A DNA stretch of 64,000 nucleotides. Origin: an uncultured Candidatus Rokubacteria bacterium (lineage in GTDB: Bacteria > Methylomirabilota > Methylomirabilia > Rokubacteriales > CSP1-6). The notes under the pieces are model-generated. The model made no database searches. It saw nothing but the letters and a program-made list of their open reading frames with translations, and was not told the origin of the DNA. The position numbers and the translations under genes were made by a program. The first letter of the stretch is position 1, and each line of letters opens with the position of its first letter. The stretch lies in assembly GCA_963762145.1 (NCBI GenBank), contig CAVXJS010000011.1, positions 64,001 through 128,000 on the forward strand. The letters run 5' to 3'. Positions 31,255 through 41,459 of this stretch are shown here, piece after piece.

Positions 31255-32718
31255 ATGCCCGAACCCATGATGCCGGAGCCGGTCGAGACCGCGACCGCGA
31301 CCGCGGCCGCGCCCGCGCGCGGCGCGGTCCTGCGCGGCCTCTTCGGAAGCGTGCGCCTGGCCTACCTCCCGGTGCTCGTCACGTACTTCTGCTACGGGGC
31401 GAGCGGGATCACGAGCATCGCGCTGCTCTACTTCCAGAAGGACACGCTCGGTGTCACGCCCGCCGAGGCCGCCGCCATCGCCTTCTGGGTCGCCCTGCCG
31501 TGGAGCACGAAGATGGTGGCCGGCGTGGCCTCCGACGTGCATCCCATCTTCGGTCGCCGCCGGGTCTCCTACCTGCTGCTCGGCGCCCTGCTGGCCTTCG
31601 CGGGCTACGGGTGGCTGGCCACCACCGCCTCGACCAAGGCCACCTACCTGGCCGCGATGGTGATCATCGCGGTGGGGTTCATGGTCCAGGATGTGGTCGC
31701 GGACGCGCTCACCGTGGAGCTCGCCCGCACCGAGGAGGAGATCAAGCAGATCCAGACGCTTGGCCGCATGGCCCTGCTCGCGGGCACGATCAGCGTGGGC
31801 TACCTGAGCGGGTGGCTCGCGGGGGCTCTCGGCCCGCGCCCGGTCTTCGCGATCGCGCTGCTGCTCCCCGCGCTGGTGATGGCGGCGGCCTGGCTGATCC
31901 CGCGCGAGACGCCGCGCGCGGTGGCGCCCGGAGAGGATGCCAATCCCCTCGGTGCGGGTAAGTCCCGCCTGGTGGTCCTGGTGGGGCTCGGCTACGCCGC
32001 GCTCGGCGTCGCCCTGGAGGCGCTGTCGGTGCCGTTCGGCCAGGAGATCATCCTGATCGTCTCGGGCGTCCTCATCGTGATGCTGCTCCAGCGCGTCGGG
32101 ATCTCCCGCGCGGTCGGGATCGCCGCCTTCGCCATCTTCTGCTTCCGGGCCGTGCCGTCCACCGGGCAGGGGTTCAGCTACTGGGCGATCGACCGGCTCG
32201 GCTTCGATCAGGAATTCCTGGGCGTGCTCGCCCAGGTCGGCGCGGTGCTGAGCCTGGTCGGCCTCATCGTGTTCCGGAAGCCGATCACGCATCGCCCGGT
32301 GAGCTACACGCTCTTCTGGGTGACGATCGCGGGGGCGGTGCTCTACCTGCCGACGATCGGGCTCTTCTACGGAGTCAACGAGTGGTTCGGGGTGAGCCCG
32401 CGCACGTTCGCGTTCATCGACACCACGATCTCGGCGCCCCTGGGCCAGCTCAGCATGGTGCCCATGCTCGCGCTCATCGCGCGCACCGCGCCGCGCGGGG
32501 CGGAGGCCACCATGTTCGCGATCATGGCCTCCCTCATGAACCTCGCGCTGTCCGCCAGCGAGCTCGGCACGCGCTACCTCAACACGTTCTTCGGCGTCAC
32601 CCAGCAGGACTACTCGGGCCTGGGCCGGCTCCTGATCTGCGTGGGGGTGATCGGTCTGCTCCCGCTGCTCGCCCTGCCGCTCCTGCGGCGCGTCGAGGCG
32701 GAGTCTGCGACGCCGTGA
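31255..32718 (+). CDS. MFS transporter, BT1 folate/biopterin family-like
   Basis: LPWSTK..G..SD..PIFG.RR.SY, QDVVADALTVE, APRGAEATMFAIMASLMN; about 12 TM helices. Confidence 0.8.
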   Translation: MPEPMMPEPVETATATAAAPARGAVLRGLFGSVRLAYLPVLVTYFCYGASGITSIALLYFQKDTLGVTPAEAAAIAFWVALPWSTKMVAGVASDVHPIFGRRRVSYLLLGALLAFAGYGWLATTASTKATYLAAMVIIAVGFMVQDVVADALTVELARTEEEIKQIQTLGRMALLAGTISVGYLSGWLAGALGPRPVFAIALLLPALVMAAAWLIPRETPRAVAPGEDANPLGAGKSRLVVLVGLGYAALGVALEALSVPFGQEIILIVSGVLIVMLLQRVGISRAVGIAAFAIFCFRAVPSTGQGFSYWAIDRLGFDQEFLGVLAQVGAVLSLVGLIVFRKPITHRPVSYTLFWVTIAGAVLYLPTIGLFYGVNEWFGVSPRTFAFIDTTISAPLGQLSMVPMLALIARTAPRGAEATMFAIMASLMNLALSASELGTRYLNTFFGVTQQDYSGLGRLLICVGVIGLLPLLALPLLRRVEAESATP

Positions 32719-32722
32719 TAGT

Positions 32723-34034
32723 GTGTCCCCCGTCATGGCGGTGACCGCCCCCTCGCGCTCCCCCTGGGCCGGGCTGTTCCAGCCCGTCGAGCGGGACGAG
32801 CGGCTATTCGCGGTGCTCCTGGCCTTCGTGATGGTGGGCGGTCTGGCCACCCTCGGCCTCGTCCCGCTGCGCCCGCGGTACCAGGTGGACGTCTACTCCC
32901 TCGTCATCTGGTTCGGCCTCTACAAGGCGGGGATCCTCGCGCTGGTCAGCGCCAATCCGCGCGGAACGCGGCGGATCTTCATCGCCGCCCTCTGCATCGA
33001 TCTCCTCCTCGTCTTCCTCCTGCTGTTCCTCACCGGGGGCGGCGACAGCCCGTTCGTCAACCTCTTCTTCCCGCTCGTCGCGGTCAACGCCTACTACTTC
33101 GGCCGCTGGGTCGGCCTGTTCCTCACGATCGTGGCCGGGCTGCTCTACTGGGCCGCCGCCAGCCTGTCGCTGCCCGCTGCGACGTGGACCGCGGTGCTGA
33201 TCCTGATGGCCCTGGTCGGGCTCCCGGCCTTCGCGCTCGGTCACGTGGCCGACCGCGAGCGCCGCGCGCGCTCGGAGGTGGAGCGCCTGAACACGGAGCT
33301 GACCGGGACGCTCACCCGCCTGCGGGCCGCCCACGAGAGCCTGGTCGAGGCCGAGCGCATGGCCACGGTGGGACGGCTGTCGCTCAAGGTCGCGCACGAG
33401 GTGCGCAACCCCATCGCGGCCATCGGGCTCAACGCGGAGCTGCTGGGCGACATGGTGCAGGGGCGGGTGAGCGAGGACGGTACCGAGGCGACCGCGCTCG
33501 TCACCGCCATCCGCGACCAGGTGGGCGCCCTCGACGCGCTCACCGAGGAGTACCTGGCCTTCGCGCGGTTCCCGCGTCCGCAGTTCGAGGAGGATTCCGT
33601 CAACGACATGGTCAGCGCGGTCGCGGAGTTCGTCCGCCCGCTCGCCGCGCGCCAGGGGATCGCGGTCAAGGTGGCGACCGACCCGACCGTGCCGCCGATG
33701 GAGATCGACCGCACACTCCTTCGCCAGGCGGTGCTGAACCTGGTGAAGAACGGTATGGAGGCGGTCCCCCAGGGAGGGAACCTGACGCTCACCACCGCCT
33801 GCACCGGCGACACGGTGGAGATCGCGGTCTCGGACAGCGGCGCGGGTATCTCGCCCGAGGTCGGCCGGCGGCTGTTCGAGCAGTTCTTCACCACCAAGCC
33901 GCAGGGCACGGGCCTCGGCCTGGCGATCTCGCGCCAGATCGTCGAGGAGCACGGCGGCAAGATCCGCTGGCACAGCGAGCCCGGCGCGGGCGCGACCTTC
34001 ACCATGACCGTGCCGGTGCAGAAGGCGGCCGCCC

Positions 34035-34042
<8 letters not shown>
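32723..34042 (+). CDS. Membrane sensor histidine kinase
   Basis: About 5 TM helices, H-box VAHEVRNP, NLVKNGMEA, DSGAGI, FFTTKPQGTGLGL. Start may be ATG 32735. Confidence 0.92.
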
Positions 34043-35455
<1,413 letters not shown>

Positions 35456-35459
<4 letters not shown>

Positions 35460-36328
35460 GCCTCCGGACCTTCGAGGCGCTCCGCTACGACGTGGCGGAT
35501 GGCATCGCCACCGTCACCCTGAACCGGCCGGACAAGCTCAACGCCCTGAACACGGTGATGCTCGACGAGCTGCTCGCGGTGCTCGACGTGGCCGACGCGG
35601 ACGACGACGTCCGGGTCCTGATCGTCACCGGCGCGGGCCGCGCGTTCTGTGCGGGAGCGGATCTGTCCGGGGGCGCCCGGACCTTCGATCGGAGCGTCCG
35701 CGCGCGGGGCGAGGCGCCCGGGGAGCACCGTGATGGGGGCGGCCGCGTCACCCTGCGTATCTTCGACATGAAGAAGCCGCTGATCGCCGCGATCAACGGG
35801 CCCGCGGTGGGTTTCGGCGTCACCATGACGCTCCCGATGGACATCCGGATCGCGTCGACCGCGGCGCGGATCGGCTTCGTGTTCGCCCGCCGCGGCGTGG
35901 TCCCGGAGGCGGCCAGCACCTGGTTCCTGCCCCGGCTGGTCGGCCCGAGCCAGGCCGCGGAGTGGGTCTTCACCGGTCGCGTGTTTCCGGCCGAGGAAGC
36001 GCTCGCGGGGCGGCTCGTGAGCCGGGTGGTCGAGCCCGCGCTCCTGCTGCCGGTGGCCCGCGAGCTGGCGCTCGAGATCGCGCAGAACACCTCCGCGATC
36101 TCGGTGGCGCTCGCGCGGCAGATGATGTGGCGGCTGCTGGGCGCCGATCATCCGATGGAGGCGCATCGTCTGGACTCGCGCGGCATGGACTGGACGGGCC
36201 GCTCGGCCGACGCCCACGAGGGCGTGACGTCGTTCCTGGAGAAGCGCGCGCCGCGCTTCACGCAGCGGCCCAGCACGGACATGCCGCCCTTCTACCCCTG
36301 GTGGTCCGAGCGCCGCTTCGAGCCCTGA
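35456..36328 (+). CDS. Enoyl-CoA hydratase/isomerase (crotonase) family protein
   Basis: GTG 35456 (GTGA overlap). LNRPDKLNA, AFCAGADL, AAINGPAVG, EGVTSFLEKR. Confidence 0.92.
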
Positions 36329-36341
36329 GCCGCCCTCGGCG

Positions 36342-37499
36342 GTGAGCGCGTCCTCGCTCTCGGGCACGGGGCTCCTGTGCCTGGTCGTCTTCGCCAGCAC
36401 GGTGTGCGTCGGCGCGTTCGGTCCGCTCTTGCCCGAGATCGCGCGGGCGCAGGGCCTCCCGGACTGGCAGCTCGGGATCCTGGCCGGCTCCTTCGGCTTC
36501 GCGCGGATGGCGGCGGATCTGCCGGCCGGCGCGCTCGCCACGCGCCACCTCGCGACCTCGCTCACGCTGGCTCCGATCACGCTGCTCGCGGGGATGCTGC
36601 TGCTCTCCACCGCGGGGCCATTCCCGGTCCTCGTGCTGGGTCGTCTCCTCACCGGGCTCGCGCATACGCTGGTGATGGTCGGCAGCTTGACCGCCGTGCT
36701 GCAGGATCGAGAGGGCCCGCGCGCTTCCATGCGCCTGAACACCCTCGAGTTCGCGGGCATGCTCGGCGTGCTCGGCGGGCTGACCATGGTCGGCCTGCTC
36801 CCCGAGCGCTGGCCCTGGAACCTGACCCTGCTGGCCGCCGCCGGACCGGTGGTGCTGTCGCTGGCCGGCACGCTCGCGCTGACCCGCACGTTCCGGCGTC
36901 ACCTCCCGCCCGCGCCGCCCGCCGCCCGGGCCGGAGCCAGGGCGGAGACGCCGGTGGCCGCCGGCGTGCCGCCGATCGTGCGGCTCATGTTCGCGCTCGG
37001 CGTGGTCATGGCGCTCGCCTGGTCCGCGGTGAGCCAGTTCGTGATCCCGCTCCGCGGGACGCGGGAGTTCGGGCTCGACCGCGCGGGGATCTCGGGTCTG
37101 CTCTCGCTGGCCCAGCTCGTGGATCTGATCGTGCTCCTGCCGGTGGGGTGGCTCGCCGACCGCATCGGCCGGCTGCCCGTGCTGACGGTGGTCGCGGTCA
37201 CCCTGGGCGTCGGGCTGTTCGCGGTGGGCCTCGGCTCGCTGCCGCTGCTGGTCGTCGGCTGCGCGCTCTTCGGGCTCGGGATGGCGGGCTGGATGCTGCC
37301 CCTCGGGGTCATCCGCGAGCACACGGACGTGGCCCGGCTCGGCTGGCGGACGGGCGTCTATCGCGTGGGCGTGGACGGAGCGATCTTCCTCGGCCCGCTG
37401 ATCTGCGGGGTGCTCGGAGAGACGCACACCCCGATCTTCATCGCGCTGCTGGGCTTGGCCGCATTCGCGATCGCGGTGAGGCTCGGGCGGGGGAGATAG
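36342..37499 (+). CDS. MFS transporter
   Basis: About 12 hydrophobic helices, GWLADRIGR motif A. Confidence 0.85.
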   Translation: MSASSLSGTGLLCLVVFASTVCVGAFGPLLPEIARAQGLPDWQLGILAGSFGFARMAADLPAGALATRHLATSLTLAPITLLAGMLLLSTAGPFPVLVLGRLLTGLAHTLVMVGSLTAVLQDREGPRASMRLNTLEFAGMLGVLGGLTMVGLLPERWPWNLTLLAAAGPVVLSLAGTLALTRTFRRHLPPAPPAARAGARAETPVAAGVPPIVRLMFALGVVMALAWSAVSQFVIPLRGTREFGLDRAGISGLLSLAQLVDLIVLLPVGWLADRIGRLPVLTVVAVTLGVGLFAVGLGSLPLLVVGCALFGLGMAGWMLPLGVIREHTDVARLGWRTGVYRVGVDGAIFLGPLICGVLGETHTPIFIALLGLAAFAIAVRLGRGR

Positions 37500-37515
37500 G
37501 GCACCTGACCAGCCG

Positions 37516-37551
37516 CCCCTCACCCTGCCCTCTCCCCTCTGGGGAGAGGGG
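37516..37551 (+). repeat. REP-like palindrome (single copy) between convergent genes
   Basis: CCCCTCACCCTGCCCTCTCCCC-TCT-GGGGAGAGGGG, same family as 16771 and 53824. Confidence 0.8.
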
Positions 37552-37574
37552 AAAGGGAGAGGAAAGTGACTGCG

Positions 37575-37763
37575 TCAGGCTTTGAACGCGATCTTCTTGT
37601 GGTTGCCGTCGCAGTACGGCTTGTTGGCCGAGCCGCCGCAGCGGCAGAGGAAGATGGTGTCGCCGCCCTTGCCGGCGATGGCGTTGCCTTGGCCGTCCTG
37701 CATCTCGCATTCGCCCTTCACCATCAGGGGGCCGTCGGTAATAACCTTCACGGTCACGGGCAT
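37575..37763 (-). CDS. CDGSH iron-sulfur domain protein
   Basis: LCRCGGSANKPYCDGNH motif. SD GAGGTG. Confidence 0.92.
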   Translation of the reverse strand: MPVTVKVITDGPLMVKGECEMQDGQGNAIAGKGGDTIFLCRCGGSANKPYCDGNHKKIAFKA

Positions 37764-37818
37764 CGTTTCACCTCATCGTCATGATCGAGCTACCGCGGGG
37801 CGAGTATACTCCAACGAC

Positions 37819-38394
37819 ATGGCCGCTCCGCTTCCCGGCATGACCGATCGGCTCCTCGACGCGATGGCCGGTTCCGCCGCGCGACGGTACGGGACCGAGC
37901 GCGTCTCCGAGCTGACGCATGCGCTCCAGTGCGCCGAGCTGGCGCGGGAGGCGGGAGCGGACGAGGAGCTGACGCTGGCGTGCCTGCTCCACGACGTGGG
38001 CCGCTTCGCGGTCGACCAGGCGCTCATCTTCGACCGGGTGGGCGGCGGGCGGGCGGGAGGCAACGCCCGCGGCCATCATGAAGTCGGGGCCGACCTCATC
38101 GCGCCCTACGTGCCGGAGCGGGTGACCTGGCTCGTACGCATGCACGCCGACGCCAAGCGCTACCTCTGCTCCACCGAGCCCGGCTATCACGCCACCCTGT
38201 CGCCGGCTTCCCAGCACACGATGACGCTGCAGGGCGGCCTGATGAGCCCGGACGAGGTGGCGCGCCACGCGGCCCATCCCTGGCTCGGTGACGCGCTCCG
38301 CCTGCGGCGCTGGGACGATCTGGCCAAGGTGGTGGGCAAGGTCACCGCGCCGCTCGCGGCCTGGGAGCCGCTGCTCCGGTCCTACTTCCGGTGA
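37819..38394 (+). CDS. HD-domain protein, PhnZ/TmpB-like diiron oxygenase
   Basis: ATG 37819. ELTHALQCA, LLHDVG, HHEVG, HADAKRYL, LQGGLM, LRRWDDLAK. Confidence 0.8.
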   Translation: MAAPLPGMTDRLLDAMAGSAARRYGTERVSELTHALQCAELAREAGADEELTLACLLHDVGRFAVDQALIFDRVGGGRAGGNARGHHEVGADLIAPYVPERVTWLVRMHADAKRYLCSTEPGYHATLSPASQHTMTLQGGLMSPDEVARHAAHPWLGDALRLRRWDDLAKVVGKVTAPLAAWEPLLRSYFR

Positions 38395-38870
38395 TCCACG
38401 ACCCGGCCCTGCCGCCGCCCTTCGCGGAGCGGTTCGCTCCGCTGGACGAGATCAAGTTCAGCGGCCCGCGCTCGAGCTTTCACAACTGCTTCGGCTGCGG
38501 GCCCCGTCACGACATCGGCCTCCGCGTCCGGACCTTCAGCGGAGACGGCGAGGTGCTCTCGCCCATCCTGATCCCGCGCCGCTTCGAGGGGCCGCCCGGC
38601 TCCGCCCACGGTGGCATCGTGGCCGCTTATCTCGACGAGGTGCTGGCCGGCGCGGCGGTGAACCACACCGGGCGCCTCTACGTGACGGGAGAGCTGGCGG
38701 TGCGCTACGTGAAGGGCACGCCGATCGAGCGCCCGCTGCTCGGCCGGGGCCGCGCGGTGCTCGACTCCGGCAAGTACCTCGACCTCGAGGCCACCATCGA
38801 GGACTGGGAGACCAGCGAGGTGGTCGCGAAGGCCACCGGCCGTTTCTTCCCGGTCAAGGACGGGTCCTAG
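38391..38870 (+). CDS. PaaI-family thioesterase
   Basis: CFGCGP..IGL, GPPGSAHGGIVAAYLDE hot-dog motif. Confidence 0.88.
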   Translation: MIHDPALPPPFAERFAPLDEIKFSGPRSSFHNCFGCGPRHDIGLRVRTFSGDGEVLSPILIPRRFEGPPGSAHGGIVAAYLDEVLAGAAVNHTGRLYVTGELAVRYVKGTPIERPLLGRGRAVLDSGKYLDLEATIEDWETSEVVAKATGRFFPVKDGS

Positions 38871-39790
38871 TCGGCGCGCTTGAACTTCTGGAACGAGCGC
38901 ATCTCCCGCGGCGGCTTGAGGAACTGCCCGTAGCCGGTGTAGGAGACCTCGCCCACGTAGACGTCTCCGCGCGAGTCCACCACGAGCCCGTGGGGCGCGA
39001 TGAACTCACCCGGCTTCTCGCTCGCGAACTGGCCGCCGAAGCGCGCCACCCGCTGGCCCTTGGCGTCGAGCACGCTGACCCGCGGGCCCAGGTTCGGCGT
39101 CTTCTCGGTGACCGGCATGCCGGAGCCGAGCTCGCCCACGAAGAAGTGCCCGCTGGCGCGTTCCACGAAGAGCCCGCAGGGGCGGTGGAGGTTGTTCCAC
39201 GTGCCCTGGTGCTGGCCCTTGCCGTCGAAGATCTGTACCCGGTGGTTCTCGCGGTCGGCCACGTAGACGAGGCCGTCGCGATCGGTGACGAGGTTGTGGG
39301 GCAGGTTGAACTGGCCGGGATCGGTGCCCGGCTCGCCCCACGACATGACGTGCGCGCCGTCGGGCGCGTACTTGTGCACCCGCGAGTTGCCGTAGCCGTC
39401 GGAGACGAAGAGGTAGCCGCTCTTCGGGCAAATCGCCACGTGGGTGGGCCGGTTGAACGGCTTGCCGCCCTGCAGCTCCGCGGCCTTGTCGGGATCGCCG
39501 ATGGTGAGCAGCAGCTTGCCCTCCGGCGTGAACTTGCGCACGGTGTGGTGGAGATCGTCGGTGAGCCACACCATGTCGTCGGCGTCGATGGTGATGCCGT
39601 GGGCGCGGCGGACCACGCCCTCGCCCCACGAGCGGAGGAACTTGCCGTCGCGGTCGAACACGATGACGGGGTGCTCGCTGCGAGTGAAGCAGAACACCCG
39701 GTCCTGCTTGTCCACCGCGGCGCCCGCCACTTCCTGGTAGCGCCAGCCGTCCGGCAGCCTGCCCCAGCCCTCGATGACCGAGAATTTCAT
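38867..39790 (-). CDS. NHL-repeat beta-propeller, peptidyl-alpha-hydroxyglycine amidating lyase-like
   Basis: ATG 39790 (MKFSVIEGWG). FNRPTHVA, SDGYGNSRV, FNLPHNL, ADRENHRVQIF, FIAPHG. Confidence 0.85.
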   Translation of the reverse strand: MKFSVIEGWGRLPDGWRYQEVAGAAVDKQDRVFCFTRSEHPVIVFDRDGKFLRSWGEGVVRRAHGITIDADDMVWLTDDLHHTVRKFTPEGKLLLTIGDPDKAAELQGGKPFNRPTHVAICPKSGYLFVSDGYGNSRVHKYAPDGAHVMSWGEPGTDPGQFNLPHNLVTDRDGLVYVADRENHRVQIFDGKGQHQGTWNNLHRPCGLFVERASGHFFVGELGSGMPVTEKTPNLGPRVSVLDAKGQRVARFGGQFASEKPGEFIAPHGLVVDSRGDVYVGEVSYTGYGQFLKPPREMRSFQKFKRAD

Positions 39791-40599
39791 TTCGACTCCT
39801 CGATGGCCTGGGCCATGCGCTCGAAGCGGCGCTTGAGCGGAGTCAGCCCTTCCTCGTGGGTGATGACGTAGAGACGGTTGGCGTAGATGGCGCGCAGCAC
39901 CCGCTCCGCCACGTGCTCGGGGGGGAGGTAGCGGCCGATCAGCTCGACCGCGCCGCCCTCGCGCGCGGTCGTCGCGTTGCGGAGCGCGGTGGGGCGGTTC
40001 CGGTCGCTCTGCCGGATCTGGGTGTGCACGCCCATGGGACAGAGGACGGAGACGCCGATGCCGTAGCCGCGCAGGTCCTTCTGGAGCGTCTCGGAGAGGC
40101 CGACCACCGCGTACTTGGTGGTGTTGTAGATGCCGAGCCCCTGCGAGGCGATGAGGCCGGCCATGGACGCGGTGTTCACCACGTGTCCGGGCTGCTTCTG
40201 GGCCACCATGCGCGGGACGAAGGCCTCCACCCCGTGAATGACGCCCCAGAGATTGACGCCCATCGCCCACTCCCAGTCCTTGTGAGTGACCGCCTCGAGG
40301 CCGCCCCAGAGGGCGACGCCCGCGTTGTTGCAGACCACGTGAACCGCGCCGAACTCGCTGAAGGCGCGCTCGGCGAGGGCGTGCACGTCGGTGAGGCGGC
40401 TGACGTCCGTCTTCACGGCCAGGGCCCGCCGTCCCGCCTGCGTCACGCCGGCCACCGTCTCGGCCATGCCGGTCTCGTCGAGGTCGGCCACCACCACGTT
40501 GGCGCCCTCGCGGGCGAAGAGCAGCGAGAGCGCGCGTCCGATTCCGCTGGCGCCGCCGGTGACCACCGCGGTGCGGCCTTGCAGGCTGGTGAGAGGCAC
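39787..40599 (-). CDS. Short-chain dehydrogenase/reductase
   Basis: TGGASGIG, NNAG, NTASMAG, YNTTK. Confidence 0.95.
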   Translation of the reverse strand: MPLTSLQGRTAVVTGGASGIGRALSLLFAREGANVVVADLDETGMAETVAGVTQAGRRALAVKTDVSRLTDVHALAERAFSEFGAVHVVCNNAGVALWGGLEAVTHKDWEWAMGVNLWGVIHGVEAFVPRMVAQKQPGHVVNTASMAGLIASQGLGIYNTTKYAVVGLSETLQKDLRGYGIGVSVLCPMGVHTQIRQSDRNRPTALRNATTAREGGAVELIGRYLPPEHVAERVLRAIYANRLYVITHEEGLTPLKRRFERMAQAIEESK

Positions 40600-40682
40600 G
40601 TCGCCGAGTGTCGCGCTCCCCTCCGCTCGCTGTCAACCCTCGTTTGCCGCCGGCGCCGGGGGGTCGGGTAGGATGAGCATCC

Positions 40683-41441
40683 ATGGACGAGCGGACGATC
40701 GTGATCGAGCGGCGGTTCCGGGGGCCGGACGTGGGCGGAGGGACGGGCAACGGCGGTTACGTGTGCGGGCTCGTGGCGCTGGCCGCGGGGCCGGGGGCTC
40801 GCGGCGTCGAGATCAGGCGGGCGACCGGCGTGCCGCTCGACCGGCCGCTCGTGGTGCGCGTCGGCGGGCGGGACGCGGTGCTGTCCGATGACGAGGGGGT
40901 GATCGCCCACACGACCGCGGCGGATCTGGCGGTCACGGTGCCCGCGCCGCCGCCCCTCGACCTCGCCCGCCAGGCGTCGGGCCGCTTCCTCGAGCGGCTG
41001 GAGAGCGGGAAGGTCGTGCATACGTTTCCGGAGTGTTTCGTGTGCGGCCACCGGCGGGCGCCGGGGGATGGGCTGAGGCTCTTCGCGGGGCCGCTCGACG
41101 GCGGGGCGGGCGACAAGGCCGGCGAGCGGGTGGCGGCCTGGCGCCCGGCCGCCGCGTTTCTCGACGACGCCGGTCACCTGCGCCCGGAGTTCGTGTGGGC
41201 GGCGCTGGATTGCCCGGGAGGCTGGGCGATCGCGGGGCCGGCCAATACCGGGACGCTGCAGGTGGAGATCCTCGGGCCGGTGAATGGGCGCCAGGAGCTG
41301 ATCGTGACCGGCTGGCCCATCGCCGCCGACTCCGCTCGGCCCGGGAGCCGGCGGCGGTACGCGGGAACCGCGCTGTTCGACGCGCGGGGCCGGCTGCGGG
41401 CGCGGGGCGCCGCGATCTGGGTGGCCCCGCGCACCGCCTAG
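40683..41441 (+). CDS. Double hot-dog-fold (thioesterase-like) hypothetical protein
   Basis: RFRGP...GNGGYVCG, FPECFVCG, VWAALDCPG. Confidence 0.7.
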   Translation: MDERTIVIERRFRGPDVGGGTGNGGYVCGLVALAAGPGARGVEIRRATGVPLDRPLVVRVGGRDAVLSDDEGVIAHTTAADLAVTVPAPPPLDLARQASGRFLERLESGKVVHTFPECFVCGHRRAPGDGLRLFAGPLDGGAGDKAGERVAAWRPAAAFLDDAGHLRPEFVWAALDCPGGWAIAGPANTGTLQVEILGPVNGRQELIVTGWPIAADSARPGSRRRYAGTALFDARGRLRARGAAIWVAPRTA

Positions 41442-41459
41442 CGGTGGTATTCTTCGCGA

